Shown: piece after piece, positions 8,334-18,039 of the stretch
How the letters are laid out: each line of letters begins with the position of its first letter
Position numbering within the stretch: the first letter of the stretch is position 1
Source: Myxococcota bacterium
GTDB lineage: Bacteria; Myxococcota_A; UBA9160; UBA4427
Length of the DNA stretch: 64,000 nt
Assembly (NCBI GenBank): GCA_045106235.1
Contig: JBGCEJ010000006.1
Coordinates: 43,455-107,454 of the forward strand
Direction of reading: 5' to 3'
Program-made: the position numbers and the translations under genes
Notes under the pieces: generated by a model
Seen by the model: the letters and a program-made list of their open reading frames with translations, nothing else
What the model was told of the DNA's origin: nothing
Databases searched by the model: none

Positions 8334-9203
8334 TCAAGCGGGTGCTACGGGGCGTTCGCCTCGGAGTGTGATCTTCTCCATGCGTCGGGGCTGTGGATAA
8401 TAGTCGTAGACCGCGTAGTGCTGGACCGCGCGATTGTCCCACATAACAAGGGTGTCCCGTTCCCAATGGATGCGCTGTTGGTTCTCGGGAATGCTCGGCT
8501 GCTCGAAGAGGAAGTTCAGCACCGACTGGCTCTCTTGCTCGGTCATGCCCTTGATTCGGATCGTGAACTGCCGGTTGGCGAAGAGTACCTTGCGCCCGCT
8601 AACCGGGTGCTGGGTCACGACCGGGTGGGTGGGGTTCGGCCAGCGCTCCTCCATCTCTCGCAGGACCTGTCGCGACTTTGCGTCATGCGACAAGAAGTTT
8701 CGGTACGGCTTGATGTCGTGCACGGCTTCGAGTCCGGACAAGAAGCGTTGCCAATGATCGCTTAGGCCTTCGTAGGCGGCGGTCATGCTGGCGATCAACG
8801 TATCGCCGCCACGTTCGGGAGCGACGACGGACCGTACAATCGAGGCCGACGGGGGCTCTGCTCGAAATGTCTCGTCGGAATGCCAGATGTCGGCATGTTG
8901 ACTCTGCTTGAGCCCATCCTGAGTCTGGATAACGACGAGTTCCGGGAACTCGGGAGGCTCGGGGGGAGGGAAGGGGTGGATCATCGGTTCGCCGAGCTGT
9001 CGAGCGAATTCGAGGTGTTGCCTCGAGCTGATCGCCTGGTTTCGAAAGACGAGGAACTCATGCTCGGCGAACGCACATTGGATCCGGTTCACATCTTCCG
9101 CGGACAGCGCTTCTTCGAGTGATACACCGCGGATCTCGGCGCCCAGGTTGGGTGAAATAGACAGAGGATCGATTGCCAGATTAGACTGCTGACCGCTTTT
9201 CAT
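8334..9203 (-). CDS. TauD/TfdA-family Fe(II)/2-oxoglutarate dioxygenase
   Basis: HADIWHSDETF ... GGDTLIASM ... WDNRAVQHYAV motifs. Confidence 0.9.
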   Translation of the reverse strand: MKSGQQSNLAIDPLSISPNLGAEIRGVSLEEALSAEDVNRIQCAFAEHEFLVFRNQAISSRQHLEFARQLGEPMIHPFPPPEPPEFPELVVIQTQDGLKQSQHADIWHSDETFRAEPPSASIVRSVVAPERGGDTLIASMTAAYEGLSDHWQRFLSGLEAVHDIKPYRNFLSHDAKSRQVLREMEERWPNPTHPVVTQHPVSGRKVLFANRQFTIRIKGMTEQESQSVLNFLFEQPSIPENQQRIHWERDTLVMWDNRAVQHYAVYDYYPQPRRMEKITLRGERPVAPA

Positions 9204-9299
9204 CGTTTTACCGCTGCCTCCTTCTAGCTATAGGAAGGATTACAAGCTGCAATCCATTCGTGCTATCGATTGTTTGAATCTTATGGATAAGGATATCTA

Positions 9300-10163
9300 A
9301 TGGATTTGCACCAGGTCAGATGCTGGCTCGCGGTCGTCGACGCCGGAAGCTTCACCGCTGCCTCGGAGCGTCTTCACCTAACTCAGCCCGGAGTATCCTA
9401 TGCGGTCAAGCAACTCGAGGACGCGCTCGGGACGCCGCTCTTTGAACGGCTGGGTCGGAGCGTCACGCTCTCCGCGGCCGGTGAAGTCTTCCTTCCCCAC
9501 GCTCGGCAGCTCATCCAATCGGCCGAAGTCGCCACTACGACGGTTGAGCATTTCAAGGGGCTCAGGGCAGGCGTCCTGACCCTCTCTGCCGTTCGCAGCA
9601 TTCTCCCGACACCGTTGGCTACCTGGGTTTCGGCTTTTCGAGATCGATACCCGGGCGTCCTCGTTCGGCTGGCCTTTGCAGGTGGGCCGAAAGCCGTCGT
9701 GGACCAGGTGCGCTCGGGGCGATGCGAGCTTGGATTCGGAGCGGGCCCGGCCGTGCCGAGCGGATTGGTCTGCCGCGAGATCGCGCACGAGGAGTTCATG
9801 GTCATCTTTCCACCCGACCTGCCGCCCCCGTCTGGTCGCCTCACCTACGCTCAGCTTGCCGGCTACCCGTTCGCCATGCCATCGCGCGGAAGCGAGCGCG
9901 ACGTGTACGACGAATACTTTCGAAGCGGCGGAGGCGAGCCCGAAGTCGTGGTCGAGACCTTCGAACGCGATGTCATCCTCGAGTTGGTCGTTCAGGGCAC
10001 CGCGTGCGCCGTTGTTCCTGCGGATTCGGCCCGCGAGGCGGCGCGGCGCGGCGCCCACCTCCGCCGATTCCACCCACGGATCACGCGACCGATCCTCGCG
10101 CTCCACCGTGAAACGCCCCTGTCGCCTGCTGCCACCGAGTTCCTGCAACTCGTCGAAGAATAG
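9300..10163 (+). CDS. LysR-family transcriptional regulator
   Basis: N-terminal wHTH FTAASERLHLTQPGVSYAVKQLE, and LysR substrate-binding-like remainder. Divergent from the TauD gene. Confidence 0.9.
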   Translation: MDLHQVRCWLAVVDAGSFTAASERLHLTQPGVSYAVKQLEDALGTPLFERLGRSVTLSAAGEVFLPHARQLIQSAEVATTTVEHFKGLRAGVLTLSAVRSILPTPLATWVSAFRDRYPGVLVRLAFAGGPKAVVDQVRSGRCELGFGAGPAVPSGLVCREIAHEEFMVIFPPDLPPPSGRLTYAQLAGYPFAMPSRGSERDVYDEYFRSGGGEPEVVVETFERDVILELVVQGTACAVVPADSAREAARRGAHLRRFHPRITRPILALHRETPLSPAATEFLQLVEE

Positions 10164-10235
10164 ATGCGTGGGAGCAGGTCTGGGCGATCAAGGGCCTGCA
10201 ATTTGGTCAGTGGACGGCGAAGCCGCGCGACGAGA

Positions 10236-10652
10236 TCAGGTCACGCCTGGGACCGTGTCGTAGGTGGGCAATGACGCGGGCTCCGTGTGCCAAGGCGCGC
10301 GCGAGGCGAAGTAGACATGGACCGAGGGCTTCACGGACGGTGTGTCGTCGAGTACGCCGAAGCGAATGTTGATGAAGGCGCCCGCTTCTTGCCGATTGAA
10401 GAGGCTGGAACCACAGACTTTGCAGAAGCCGACGCGTCCCGTCTCGTTCTTGTTGTAGATCTGGATGAGCTCTTGGCCTCGCTCGACGACCACCTTCTCG
10501 TTCTCGATTCTGCCCCAGGCGGAACACTGGGAGCCGCTGAACTTCTGGCACTCGGAGCAATGGCAGTAGCCCGCGATGAGGAATGCGTCATCCACGGAGA
10601 GGGCTACGCCTCCGCAGAGGCAGGTGGCCCTTAATATTCGAGTGTCAGTCAT
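10236..10652 (-). CDS. GFA (glutathione-dependent formaldehyde-activating / CENP-V) family protein
   Basis: Zn-binding Cys pattern CLCGG...CHCSECQK...CKVCGSSLF. Start moved to ATG 10652 (AAGGGAG upstream). Confidence 0.85.
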   Translation of the reverse strand: MTDTRILRATCLCGGVALSVDDAFLIAGYCHCSECQKFSGSQCSAWGRIENEKVVVERGQELIQIYNKNETGRVGFCKVCGSSLFNRQEAGAFINIRFGVLDDTPSVKPSVHVYFASRAPWHTEPASLPTYDTVPGVT

Positions 10653-10750
10653 CCTGATGAAGCTCCCTTTGGATCGTAGTCGCAAGATCCTAGCGGCAAA
10701 TCGCGCGTTGCCGGGGGCGGGGCCCGAGTCGACTCGCGGGTGAGTGAATG

Positions 10751-10812
10751 GGACGGGGAGCTTCGAGCGAGAAGCGGGCGAACGGAATGCCGGTTCGAAT
10801 CTGGTCTCGCGC
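10751..10812 (+). pseudogene. Degenerate paralog of the 2323-2414 tRNA-like element, lacking the anticodon arm
   Basis: GGACGGG-GA-GCTTC-GAGCGA-GAAGC-13 nt-GCCGG-TTCGAAT-CTGGT-CTCGCGC. Same D-loop and T-loop as copy 1, with a compensatory D-stem change. About 26 nt are missing. Confidence 0.4.
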
Positions 10813-10831
10813 GCGCTCTTTCCGATGTTCT

Positions 10832-11668
10832 CTACTCGATCGCTTCGAGCGCTCTAGCCAGCGGTTCCAGTTGTGCCGCTCGGTACGGGTTCCGCATCGA
10901 GAAGATCACGACGTCGACCCCTGCGTCGCCTAATGCCGCGGCCTGAGCGGCCGACTCCTCGGGAGCTTGATCTGCTGGGAGCGCCACTTGAACGGAACAC
11001 GTGATCTCCGCGGAGTTTCGCCCGACGGCCTCACAATGCTCCTCGAGAATCGCGCGCTTTGCCCGAAACACATCCGGAGGCGCAAAGGGAAGGTTCCAAT
11101 GGTCTGCAAAGCGGGCGACGATTCGAAGTGTCCGCTTTTCGCCTCCACCGCCGATGACGATGGGTGGGCAACCCTGCGGGCCTTTGGGTTCACAGCGCGC
11201 CTGGGACAACTGGAAAAAATTTCCGCTGAAATCCGTATGCTCATTCGAGAGCAGGCTCCGAGTGACCTCGACGCATTCCTCGAAACGATTCATGCGCTCC
11301 TTCATCGGTAGCAGATCGATTCCGTAGGCCGCACATTCCGCCTCGTGCCAGCCTGCTCCAATCCCCAGATCGACGCGTCCCCCGCTCACGATATCCAGAC
11401 TCGCCGCCATATTCGCGAGCAGCGCGGGATGGCGATAAGGCGTGCCCGAGACCATGCAGCCGATGCGGATTCGATTCGTCGCCTGAGCGAGCGCCGAGAG
11501 CGTCACCCACGCCTCCATGCACGGCCCGTTCGGATCGCCCACGAGTGGATAGAAATGATCGAAATTCCAGGCGCTCTCGAAGGTCTCGATCTCGTCGGCG
11601 GCCTGCCATACAGCGAGCATGTCCTGCCAGCCGCAATGCTGCGGCGGCGTCTTGATCCCGAATCTCAT
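10832..11668 (-). CDS. LLM-class (luciferase-like) flavin/F420-dependent oxidoreductase
   Basis: MRFGIKTPPQH...FESAWNFDHFYPL and GIGAGW motifs typical of the LLM family. Confidence 0.85.
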   Translation of the reverse strand: MRFGIKTPPQHCGWQDMLAVWQAADEIETFESAWNFDHFYPLVGDPNGPCMEAWVTLSALAQATNRIRIGCMVSGTPYRHPALLANMAASLDIVSGGRVDLGIGAGWHEAECAAYGIDLLPMKERMNRFEECVEVTRSLLSNEHTDFSGNFFQLSQARCEPKGPQGCPPIVIGGGGEKRTLRIVARFADHWNLPFAPPDVFRAKRAILEEHCEAVGRNSAEITCSVQVALPADQAPEESAAQAAALGDAGVDVVIFSMRNPYRAAQLEPLARALEAIE

Positions 11669-11701
11669 TGCATCTCTCCCGTGCGCATTGCGCCCTTGTT
11701 T

Positions 11702-12970
11702 TCAGTAAACCCGGTCGGCAAGGGAGATCCCGTCGGCGAGGGCGGCCAGCGCAAATCCCGCGGTGCGGCGATAGCCATCTGTGATCTCGAGGATTTCCTT
11801 TTGGCTGATGACCTCATCGATCTGTGTGAATCCGTTAGGCGCGCGTTCTTCGACGAGCTTCATGGGCAGCTCGGGGCCCAGTTCTCGGTTTGCTAAGACG
11901 ATTGAGGCCGTCGCGGGGATGCGCTCGGATGCGTAGCGAGCCAGCGCCTGCGTTGGGTGATCCGGCTGACATCGTAGACATCCCGCCAATACGCGCGCAT
12001 CGAGGATCGCCTGGGAGGCGCCGTTCGATCCGATCGGATACATCGGGTGGGCGGCGTCACCGAGTAGGGTCGTCCGGCCGAAGGACCACTGATCGACGGG
12101 GTCGCGGTCGATCATGGGGAATCGGAAGGTCCCCTCGGCCGATCGGATCAGCGCCGGCACGTCGAGCCAGGGGAAGACCCAGGATTCGAATCGGTCGATG
12201 AAGTCGGCGAGCACGCCGGGCTGGTTCCAGTCTTCGCGTTCCGTCGGTTCGAGGTCGGGCATGCGGAGTTCCGCGATGAAGTTGATGAGCTGCCGGCCGT
12301 TTTTGAGGTCGCTCACGGGGTAGGCGACAAATTTCTGGTCCGGGTGACCGGCCCAAACCATCGTCCGACCATCGAGCATCGGTGCGGATTCGGCCAGGCC
12401 GCGCCAGAGGAGGGCGCCGTTCCATTTGGGCACGCCTTCATCGGGATAGCGATGGCCGCGCAGCACGGAGTGGATGCCGTCGGCGGCGACGAGGAGTGAG
12501 CCTTCGACGTCGATCTGCTCGGCGATCCCGCTGCGCTTGTTGAAGCGGGCATGGATGCCTGCCGTGGTCTCTTCGACGCCCGTAAAATGATGGCCCGTGT
12601 GGATCCGGTCGAGGCCGAGCCGTTCGACGGCGGCTTCGAGGAGGATCTGCTGGAGGATACCGCGATGGATCGAGAGCTGGGGCCACGCATAGCCGGCGGC
12701 GGCACCGCGCGGCTCGTCCCAGATCGATTCGCCGCGCTTCGTGAAGTAGGCGAGCGATTGAGGCGCAATCGATTGCGCTTCGAGCGCCGGGAGGAGGCCG
12801 AGCGCATCGAGCTCGCGCACGGCATGGGGAAGCAGGTTGATCCCGACGCCGAGGGCACGAATGCTTTCGACGGATTCATAGACCTCCACCTCAAAACCGC
12901 TTTGATGCAAGCTGAGGGCGGTGGTCAGTCCTCCTATGCCGCCGCCTACGACGATCACGGGCTCGGGCAC
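11702..12970 (-). CDS. FAD-dependent aromatic monooxygenase (salicylate / 3-hydroxybenzoate hydroxylase-like)
   Basis: GxGxxG VIVVGGGIGGLT, and the LLGDAAHPMYPIGSNGASQ FAD-binding fingerprint. GTG start. Confidence 0.9.
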   Translation of the reverse strand: MPEPVIVVGGGIGGLTTALSLHQSGFEVEVYESVESIRALGVGINLLPHAVRELDALGLLPALEAQSIAPQSLAYFTKRGESIWDEPRGAAAGYAWPQLSIHRGILQQILLEAAVERLGLDRIHTGHHFTGVEETTAGIHARFNKRSGIAEQIDVEGSLLVAADGIHSVLRGHRYPDEGVPKWNGALLWRGLAESAPMLDGRTMVWAGHPDQKFVAYPVSDLKNGRQLINFIAELRMPDLEPTEREDWNQPGVLADFIDRFESWVFPWLDVPALIRSAEGTFRFPMIDRDPVDQWSFGRTTLLGDAAHPMYPIGSNGASQAILDARVLAGCLRCQPDHPTQALARYASERIPATASIVLANRELGPELPMKLVEERAPNGFTQIDEVISQKEILEITDGYRRTAGFALAALADGISLADRVY

Positions 12971-13431
12971 TAGTGCACCTCGAAGACGTGGATACGCACC
13001 GTCGATCGCTCGCGCTCACCCCAGGCGATGCCAAGGGTTCGGTTGAGCCGCTCGTAGCGCGGGGAAGAGGTGCCGAAGCGGATCTGAGTGCGGAAATAGT
13101 ACTCTGACGGATCGACGGGCTCGCCGGCGGCCAGACGCGTGAGGACTTCCGGCGCCGCGGCGCGAAGACCATCGGATTGAATCTCGATCGAGTCTCCCGC
13201 GTCGGTCTGCAAATAGTAATGGGCGGAGAGCTGAATGGTTCCGTCAGCCTGGACCGTCTGCCAATCGAGACCTCCGGGTCCGACCTGACCGTTCAAGCCG
13301 TCGACGCCCTCGAAGGTGCCGCCGACGAACCGGATCAAGCGCCGTTCGCCGTCGGGAAAATTGCCGAGCGTCGTCGGCGGTTCTGCCTCGATGGTGATAT
13401 CAAGGAGCGGGCTGAGTTCGATCTTCATCAT
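12970..13431 (-). CDS. DUF3237 (UPF0311) family protein
   Basis: GERRLIRFVGGTFEG...GGLDWQTV...DG pattern. ATG 13431 overlaps the upstream stop (ATGA). Confidence 0.7.
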   Translation of the reverse strand: MMKIELSPLLDITIEAEPPTTLGNFPDGERRLIRFVGGTFEGVDGLNGQVGPGGLDWQTVQADGTIQLSAHYYLQTDAGDSIEIQSDGLRAAAPEVLTRLAAGEPVDPSEYYFRTQIRFGTSSPRYERLNRTLGIAWGERERSTVRIHVFEVH

Positions 13432-14219
13432 TCGAACTCGACCGACACGCTCCCGAGGCCCTGGTCGAAGCTGCACTCGACTTTGTCGCCCGCCGCGATC
13501 GGAACGGCGCGCACGAACGAGCCCGTGAGGATGACCTGGCCGGGTTCGAAGACCACGCCGAACTCGCCTAACTTATTGGCGAGCCACGCGACGGAGGTCA
13601 CGGGGTTGCCGAGAACGGCGGAGGCCTCTCCCTCTTCGAGGACTTCCCCATTCTTTGAAAGAGCGCCCTGGACGCGTCGGATGTCGATTTGATCAAGCCG
13701 GCGAGGGTTTGCGCCGAGGACTGCCGCGCCGCAGGCGGCCAGGTCGGCCACGGTATCGACGATGCTGAATCCTGGCTCGCGCTGGACACGGAAATCGACG
13801 ATCTCGATTGCGGGTAAGACAAAGTCCGTCGCGCGGATCACGTCGACGGGCAGCACGCCCGGTCCCGAGAGCGCTTCCTTCATAACAAAGGCGATCTCCA
13901 TCTCGACGATCGGTGCGAAGAAATGCGAGAAGGGGACGGAGGTATCCTCGGGAAGGAAGAGATCGTCGGTCATCGCGCTGAAGTCGGGCTCTGTCGTACC
14001 GGCCATTTCCTGCATGGGCTTTGACGTGAGGCCAACCTTGTAGCCCTTGATCTGCCGACCCGCCGCGACTCGCCGGCTCACGAAGTCTTCTTGAATTCGG
14101 TAGGCGTCTTCGATTTCAATCTCGGGGTAGGCGCCCGTCAAGCGCGGGACCGGTTTGCGTGTCTGATAGGTTTCGACGAGCGCGTCGGTGATTTTCGAAC
14201 GAGTGGCATCATCCAGCAT
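13428..14219 (-). CDS. 2-oxohept-3-enedioate / 2-keto-4-pentenoate hydratase (HpaH/MhpD family)
   Basis: EDAYRIQEDFV...GYKVGLTSKPMQ N-terminus, and FAH-fold C-terminus. Confidence 0.85.
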   Translation of the reverse strand: MLDDATRSKITDALVETYQTRKPVPRLTGAYPEIEIEDAYRIQEDFVSRRVAAGRQIKGYKVGLTSKPMQEMAGTTEPDFSAMTDDLFLPEDTSVPFSHFFAPIVEMEIAFVMKEALSGPGVLPVDVIRATDFVLPAIEIVDFRVQREPGFSIVDTVADLAACGAAVLGANPRRLDQIDIRRVQGALSKNGEVLEEGEASAVLGNPVTSVAWLANKLGEFGVVFEPGQVILTGSFVRAVPIAAGDKVECSFDQGLGSVSVEFE

Positions 14220-14221
14220 GA

Positions 14222-15016
14222 TCAGGCTCCCTTCTGGGTGGCTTTGCGGACCGTTTCGAGACTATTGGCCGAGGCGCCTGCGAGTGCATTCACGTCGGTT
14301 GTGACTGAAACCATCTGGAAGCCCTGTTCGACTCGGAGGGGGGCGACCGCCGCGTTCGATAGAACCGCTGCCGCCTTTCTGTGTTTGCGGGTCGCGGCCA
14401 AAACACGGGCCACGGCCTCGTCGAAGACGGGCTTTCCGTCGTTATCACCGGGCGGGAGGCCCAATGCGATCGAGAGGTCGAAGGGCCCCACGAAGAGGGC
14501 GTCCACGCCGGGCACCGCGGCGATCTCGTCCACGTTTTCGAGGGCCTCGGCCGTCTCGATCATGGGAATCACAGCGACGCGCTCGTTGGCCGTGGCGAAA
14601 TAGCCGAGTCCGTCCCGGGTATTCACCCGGATCGGTCCGAAGCTGCGGCGTCCGGCCGGCGGGTAGAGACAGGCGTCGACCATGCGCCGAGCGTCGTCCG
14701 CGTCCTGGATCATCGGAACCAGGATGCCCATCGCGCCGGCATCGAGCATACGACCGATGATTCCGGGCTCGTTCCAAGGGACGCGCACAATAGGCGAGAT
14801 CCCCGCGCGATCGGCGGCGCGGATCATGTCCAGAGCGCCTTCGTATTCCATGCAGCCGTGCTGCATATCGATCAGCACCCAGTCGAAACCGAGCGGCCCG
14901 ATGGCTTCGACGCCGAGTGCTCCCGGCATCATGCACCAGGCGCCGAGCGTGGTTTCACCCGCGGCCCAGCGGGGCAGCATGGAGGGGGCCTGTTGGGCAG
15001 TCGTTAGTTCGGGCAC
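14222..15016 (-). CDS. HpcH/HpaI-family aldolase
   Basis: [17 protein letters not shown] and IPMIET motifs. Confidence 0.9.
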   Translation of the reverse strand: MPELTTAQQAPSMLPRWAAGETTLGAWCMMPGALGVEAIGPLGFDWVLIDMQHGCMEYEGALDMIRAADRAGISPIVRVPWNEPGIIGRMLDAGAMGILVPMIQDADDARRMVDACLYPPAGRRSFGPIRVNTRDGLGYFATANERVAVIPMIETAEALENVDEIAAVPGVDALFVGPFDLSIALGLPPGDNDGKPVFDEAVARVLAATRKHRKAAAVLSNAAVAPLRVEQGFQMVSVTTDVNALAGASANSLETVRKATQKGA

Positions 15017-15046
15017 GAGAACTCCTTTCGATTTGGATCAGGCGGC

Positions 15047-16249
15047 TCAGCGCGATTCGCTTAGCTCGTAGCGGATCGGCAGGCTCTTGAGGGACGAGAT
15101 CCAAAACGCGTCGACCCAGCGCGGTTCACCGGCGAGCTCGATGTTCCGGATCCGCGGAATCAATTCCTCGAATAGCGACTGCATCTCGGCTTTGGCGAGT
15201 GTCTGGCCTATGCATGCGTGGGTTCCCGTCCCAAAGCCGAGGTGCGGATTGGGATTGCGATCGACGCGGAATTCATCCGGCGCGTCGAAGACGTCCTCGT
15301 CGCGGTTCGCCGAGGCGAAATTGATGCAGACATCCTGCCCCTTTGCGATAGACACGCCGCGAAGGACAGTGTCTTCCGTTGCGGCCCGAAGGAAGTTCGT
15401 CGTTGGCGTGACGAAGCGGATGATCTCATCGATGGCGGTCGCGATCAGCTGGGGCTGAGTCTGCAGTTTCTCGAGCTCGGCCGGGTTGCGAATCAGCGCC
15501 AGGAGTCCACCGCTGATCGCGCTGGCCGTTGTATCGTGCCCGGCCGTCACCAATACGAGCACATGGGACATGGCCTCGATGGGGGCAAGAGGGTTGTCGT
15601 CGATGGATGCATTCGCGATTGCACTTGCGAGATCATCGCGGGGTTCGCGCTTACGCGATTCGATCAGATTGGCGCAGAAGGCGATGGCTCGCTCGAAGTG
15701 CCCCGCATCGCCCGCGAAGTCTTCATCCTCCTGCCCGAACGCGCGTTTCGCGATTTGAAGAACGGTGTCCTCATCCTCGCGCCCAACTCCGAGCAAGCCG
15801 CAGATCATGCGCAAAGGATGCGGTGCGGCGAGGAGGTCGACGAAATTGCCTTCGTTCGTCGTGGCCATTTCGTCGATGAGCTCTCGCGAGATCTCGTCGA
15901 AACGGGACGTCATGCGTCGAACGTTTCGGGGCGTGAGCCAGTCACGATAGATCTTTCGATGTTTCGTGTGCTCTGGTGGATCCATGTCGAGCATCGTCCG
16001 CATCGGCGCCGGATTGTCGCGACGCATGCCGATCATAGACCGCTCTGTGCTTGTCCAAAGATTCGGGTTGCGGGAGATCTCGACGATGTCAGCGTGCCGA
16101 GTGATGAGCCAGAACGGGTCGACCAGATCGCTCTCGTACCGTCTGACGGGTTCGTTCTTTCGAAGAGCCTTGGCGGCCGCGTGCGGGAAGCCATGCTGAC
16201 CCCAGTACTGCGGATCGAGGATCAGTCCAGGATCGGCGTCTGCGCTCAT
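15047..16249 (-). CDS. Cytochrome P450
   Basis: Heme-thiolate loop FGTGTHACIGQTLA, I-helix AGHDTT and an ExxR motif. Confidence 0.9.
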   Translation of the reverse strand: MSADADPGLILDPQYWGQHGFPHAAAKALRKNEPVRRYESDLVDPFWLITRHADIVEISRNPNLWTSTERSMIGMRRDNPAPMRTMLDMDPPEHTKHRKIYRDWLTPRNVRRMTSRFDEISRELIDEMATTNEGNFVDLLAAPHPLRMICGLLGVGREDEDTVLQIAKRAFGQEDEDFAGDAGHFERAIAFCANLIESRKREPRDDLASAIANASIDDNPLAPIEAMSHVLVLVTAGHDTTASAISGGLLALIRNPAELEKLQTQPQLIATAIDEIIRFVTPTTNFLRAATEDTVLRGVSIAKGQDVCINFASANRDEDVFDAPDEFRVDRNPNPHLGFGTGTHACIGQTLAKAEMQSLFEELIPRIRNIELAGEPRWVDAFWISSLKSLPIRYELSESR

Positions 16250-17145
16250 CTTCCACCTCGGAGCTTCGCCATCTCTTCCAACTCGTCCGGCGTGAGCGAA
16301 TCAGGGCCGAGCGCAACCGAGCGCACACCGACGGAGTCCGTGGGCTGGTGGCCGATCGCGTGGGTCGGCGCCGGAATCTCGGCGACCGTATTCGAGAGTC
16401 GCCCGAGGCCGGTCACTTCGACTTCGACGACATCGCCGATCGTCATGGGGCGCGAATTCGCAGGTGTCCCTGTGAGTACGACATCGCCGGGCAGGAGCGT
16501 GATGTGTCGGCAGAGATCGGCCAGCATATAATCGATCCCGAAAGTCATCTCTGAAACTTCGTCTTCCTGCACGACTTCGCCGTTGATCAAGGTACGCAGG
16601 GTCGATTCGCGCACGTCGACGCCGCGCACGATCCCCGGTCCGACGGGACAGAAACCGTCCATACCCTTGACGCGGGTCATGCCGCCGGCGTCGGTGTCTC
16701 GGTAATCGTGACAGCCGACGTCGTTCGACGGGGCGAAGCCTGCGAGGTAGCTCCATGTATCCTCGGGAGCGACGTTTCGCATGGGCTTTCCGACGATGGC
16801 CGCGATCTCGCCCTCGTAGTTGAGGTACTGGCAGTCGGCGGGACGATGGACGGAGCCGCGATGCGCATTCATGGCTGTCGTCGGTTTGTGAAAGTAGGTC
16901 GGTGTCGGACCCATCTTGGCGCGAAACTCAACGGCGCGTGACTTGTAGTTGAGGTGGACGCAAAGGATCTTGGTCGGGTCGCACGGGGGCAGGTAGGTCG
17001 CCGTGGCTTCCTCGACCTCTCGCCCGTCGCCGAGCACGAGGACCTCTTCCTTGGGCTTGACCCATTGAGAGATGCCCTCATGGATGATCCGTCGCCATTC
17101 TTCACGTTCGCCTTCGAGGACGTTGCCGTTTGCCATGGTGCTCAT
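16246..17145 (-). CDS. Fumarylacetoacetate hydrolase (FAH) family protein (HpaG-like isomerase/decarboxylase)
   Basis: YEGEIAAIVGK, DVVLTGTP and similar motifs. ATGA overlaps on both sides. Confidence 0.9.
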   Translation of the reverse strand: MSTMANGNVLEGEREEWRRIIHEGISQWVKPKEEVLVLGDGREVEEATATYLPPCDPTKILCVHLNYKSRAVEFRAKMGPTPTYFHKPTTAMNAHRGSVHRPADCQYLNYEGEIAAIVGKPMRNVAPEDTWSYLAGFAPSNDVGCHDYRDTDAGGMTRVKGMDGFCPVGPGIVRGVDVRESTLRTLINGEVVQEDEVSEMTFGIDYMLADLCRHITLLPGDVVLTGTPANSRPMTIGDVVEVEVTGLGRLSNTVAEIPAPTHAIGHQPTDSVGVRSVALGPDSLTPDELEEMAKLRGGR

Positions 17146-18002
17146 CGCGCCTCCAGGTCGAACCAGACATGAACCTGTCCGGTTGCGAGTGCGTTTTCGT
17201 ATTCGGACATTCGGCGTCCCTTTGCTGTCCAGTCCCGTCCGCCGAGCGCGCCGGCCATCATCAGGTAGTGCCCGAAGCGTCCCTCCGGCTTGACTGCCTG
17301 ATACTCGGGGTAGTAGTCGAGGACGGCGGCGTGATCTCCGCGCTCCCAGAGATCAAGGACATGGCGATCCTTCTCGCGTGCCTCGTCTGAGAGCACACAA
17401 CTGGCGTCGAATGCGGCGTGCTTGGATGAATCATCGAGCTTCGGGAATTGATGGCTCATGCCGCCGCTCCCGATCAACGCGACCCGCGAATCACTCTGCT
17501 GAATGGCTTCGGCGAGAACCGCCCCGAAGTCGAGGAAGTTATGTCGTTCCGCCTGCTGGCAGATTCCGACACGCATCACTTTCTCGCCGCGGCCGATATA
17601 GTGAACGATGTTCACGGTGGGATACTGCATGGCGATATTCGGGCTCGGCGTGTTGAAGACCGGCACGTTCTTTTCCGCCGCTACCTCTGCGGTGAGTCCC
17701 GCAAGCTCGGGCGCGCCGGGGAAATCGAACGGATGGTCGTTCAGGACCATCGGAAGCTCGTCTGAGGTATAGAGACCGTGGTAGCGATCGCCTCCGGCGA
17801 CGACGTGGCCGAGTGTCGTGAAGAAGTGCGTGTCGAAGATGACGAAGGTGTCGGCCTCGACGCGATCGAGCGCCTCGCGGACGGTTTCGAAGCCGGCGAC
17901 GAGGGTCGTATCCTGCCCCCCGCCCATGCCGGCGCGAATCGCTTCGGGGGCCATGATGGCAGGCTGATGACTGAGCACCGCCGCTGCGACGATCTCTCCC
18001 AT
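17142..18002 (-). CDS. Class III (LigB-type) extradiol ring-cleavage dioxygenase
   Basis: MGEIVAAAVLSHQP...FDTHFF...IGSGGMSHQF. Start moved to ATG 18002, preceded by AAGGAG. The longer ORF-track N-terminus has no support. Confidence 0.85.
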   Translation of the reverse strand: MGEIVAAAVLSHQPAIMAPEAIRAGMGGGQDTTLVAGFETVREALDRVEADTFVIFDTHFFTTLGHVVAGGDRYHGLYTSDELPMVLNDHPFDFPGAPELAGLTAEVAAEKNVPVFNTPSPNIAMQYPTVNIVHYIGRGEKVMRVGICQQAERHNFLDFGAVLAEAIQQSDSRVALIGSGGMSHQFPKLDDSSKHAAFDASCVLSDEAREKDRHVLDLWERGDHAAVLDYYPEYQAVKPEGRFGHYLMMAGALGGRDWTAKGRRMSEYENALATGQVHVWFDLEAR

Positions 18003-18039
18003 ATTGATCTCCTTGATGCAGTGAATCGCTCGCCTCTGA

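Noticed and set aside
15218-16531. 437-aa plus-strand ORF opposite the P450 and FAH genes
   Set aside because: No recognisable motifs and a skewed composition. Both overlapped minus-strand genes carry diagnostic motifs and operon-style coupling.
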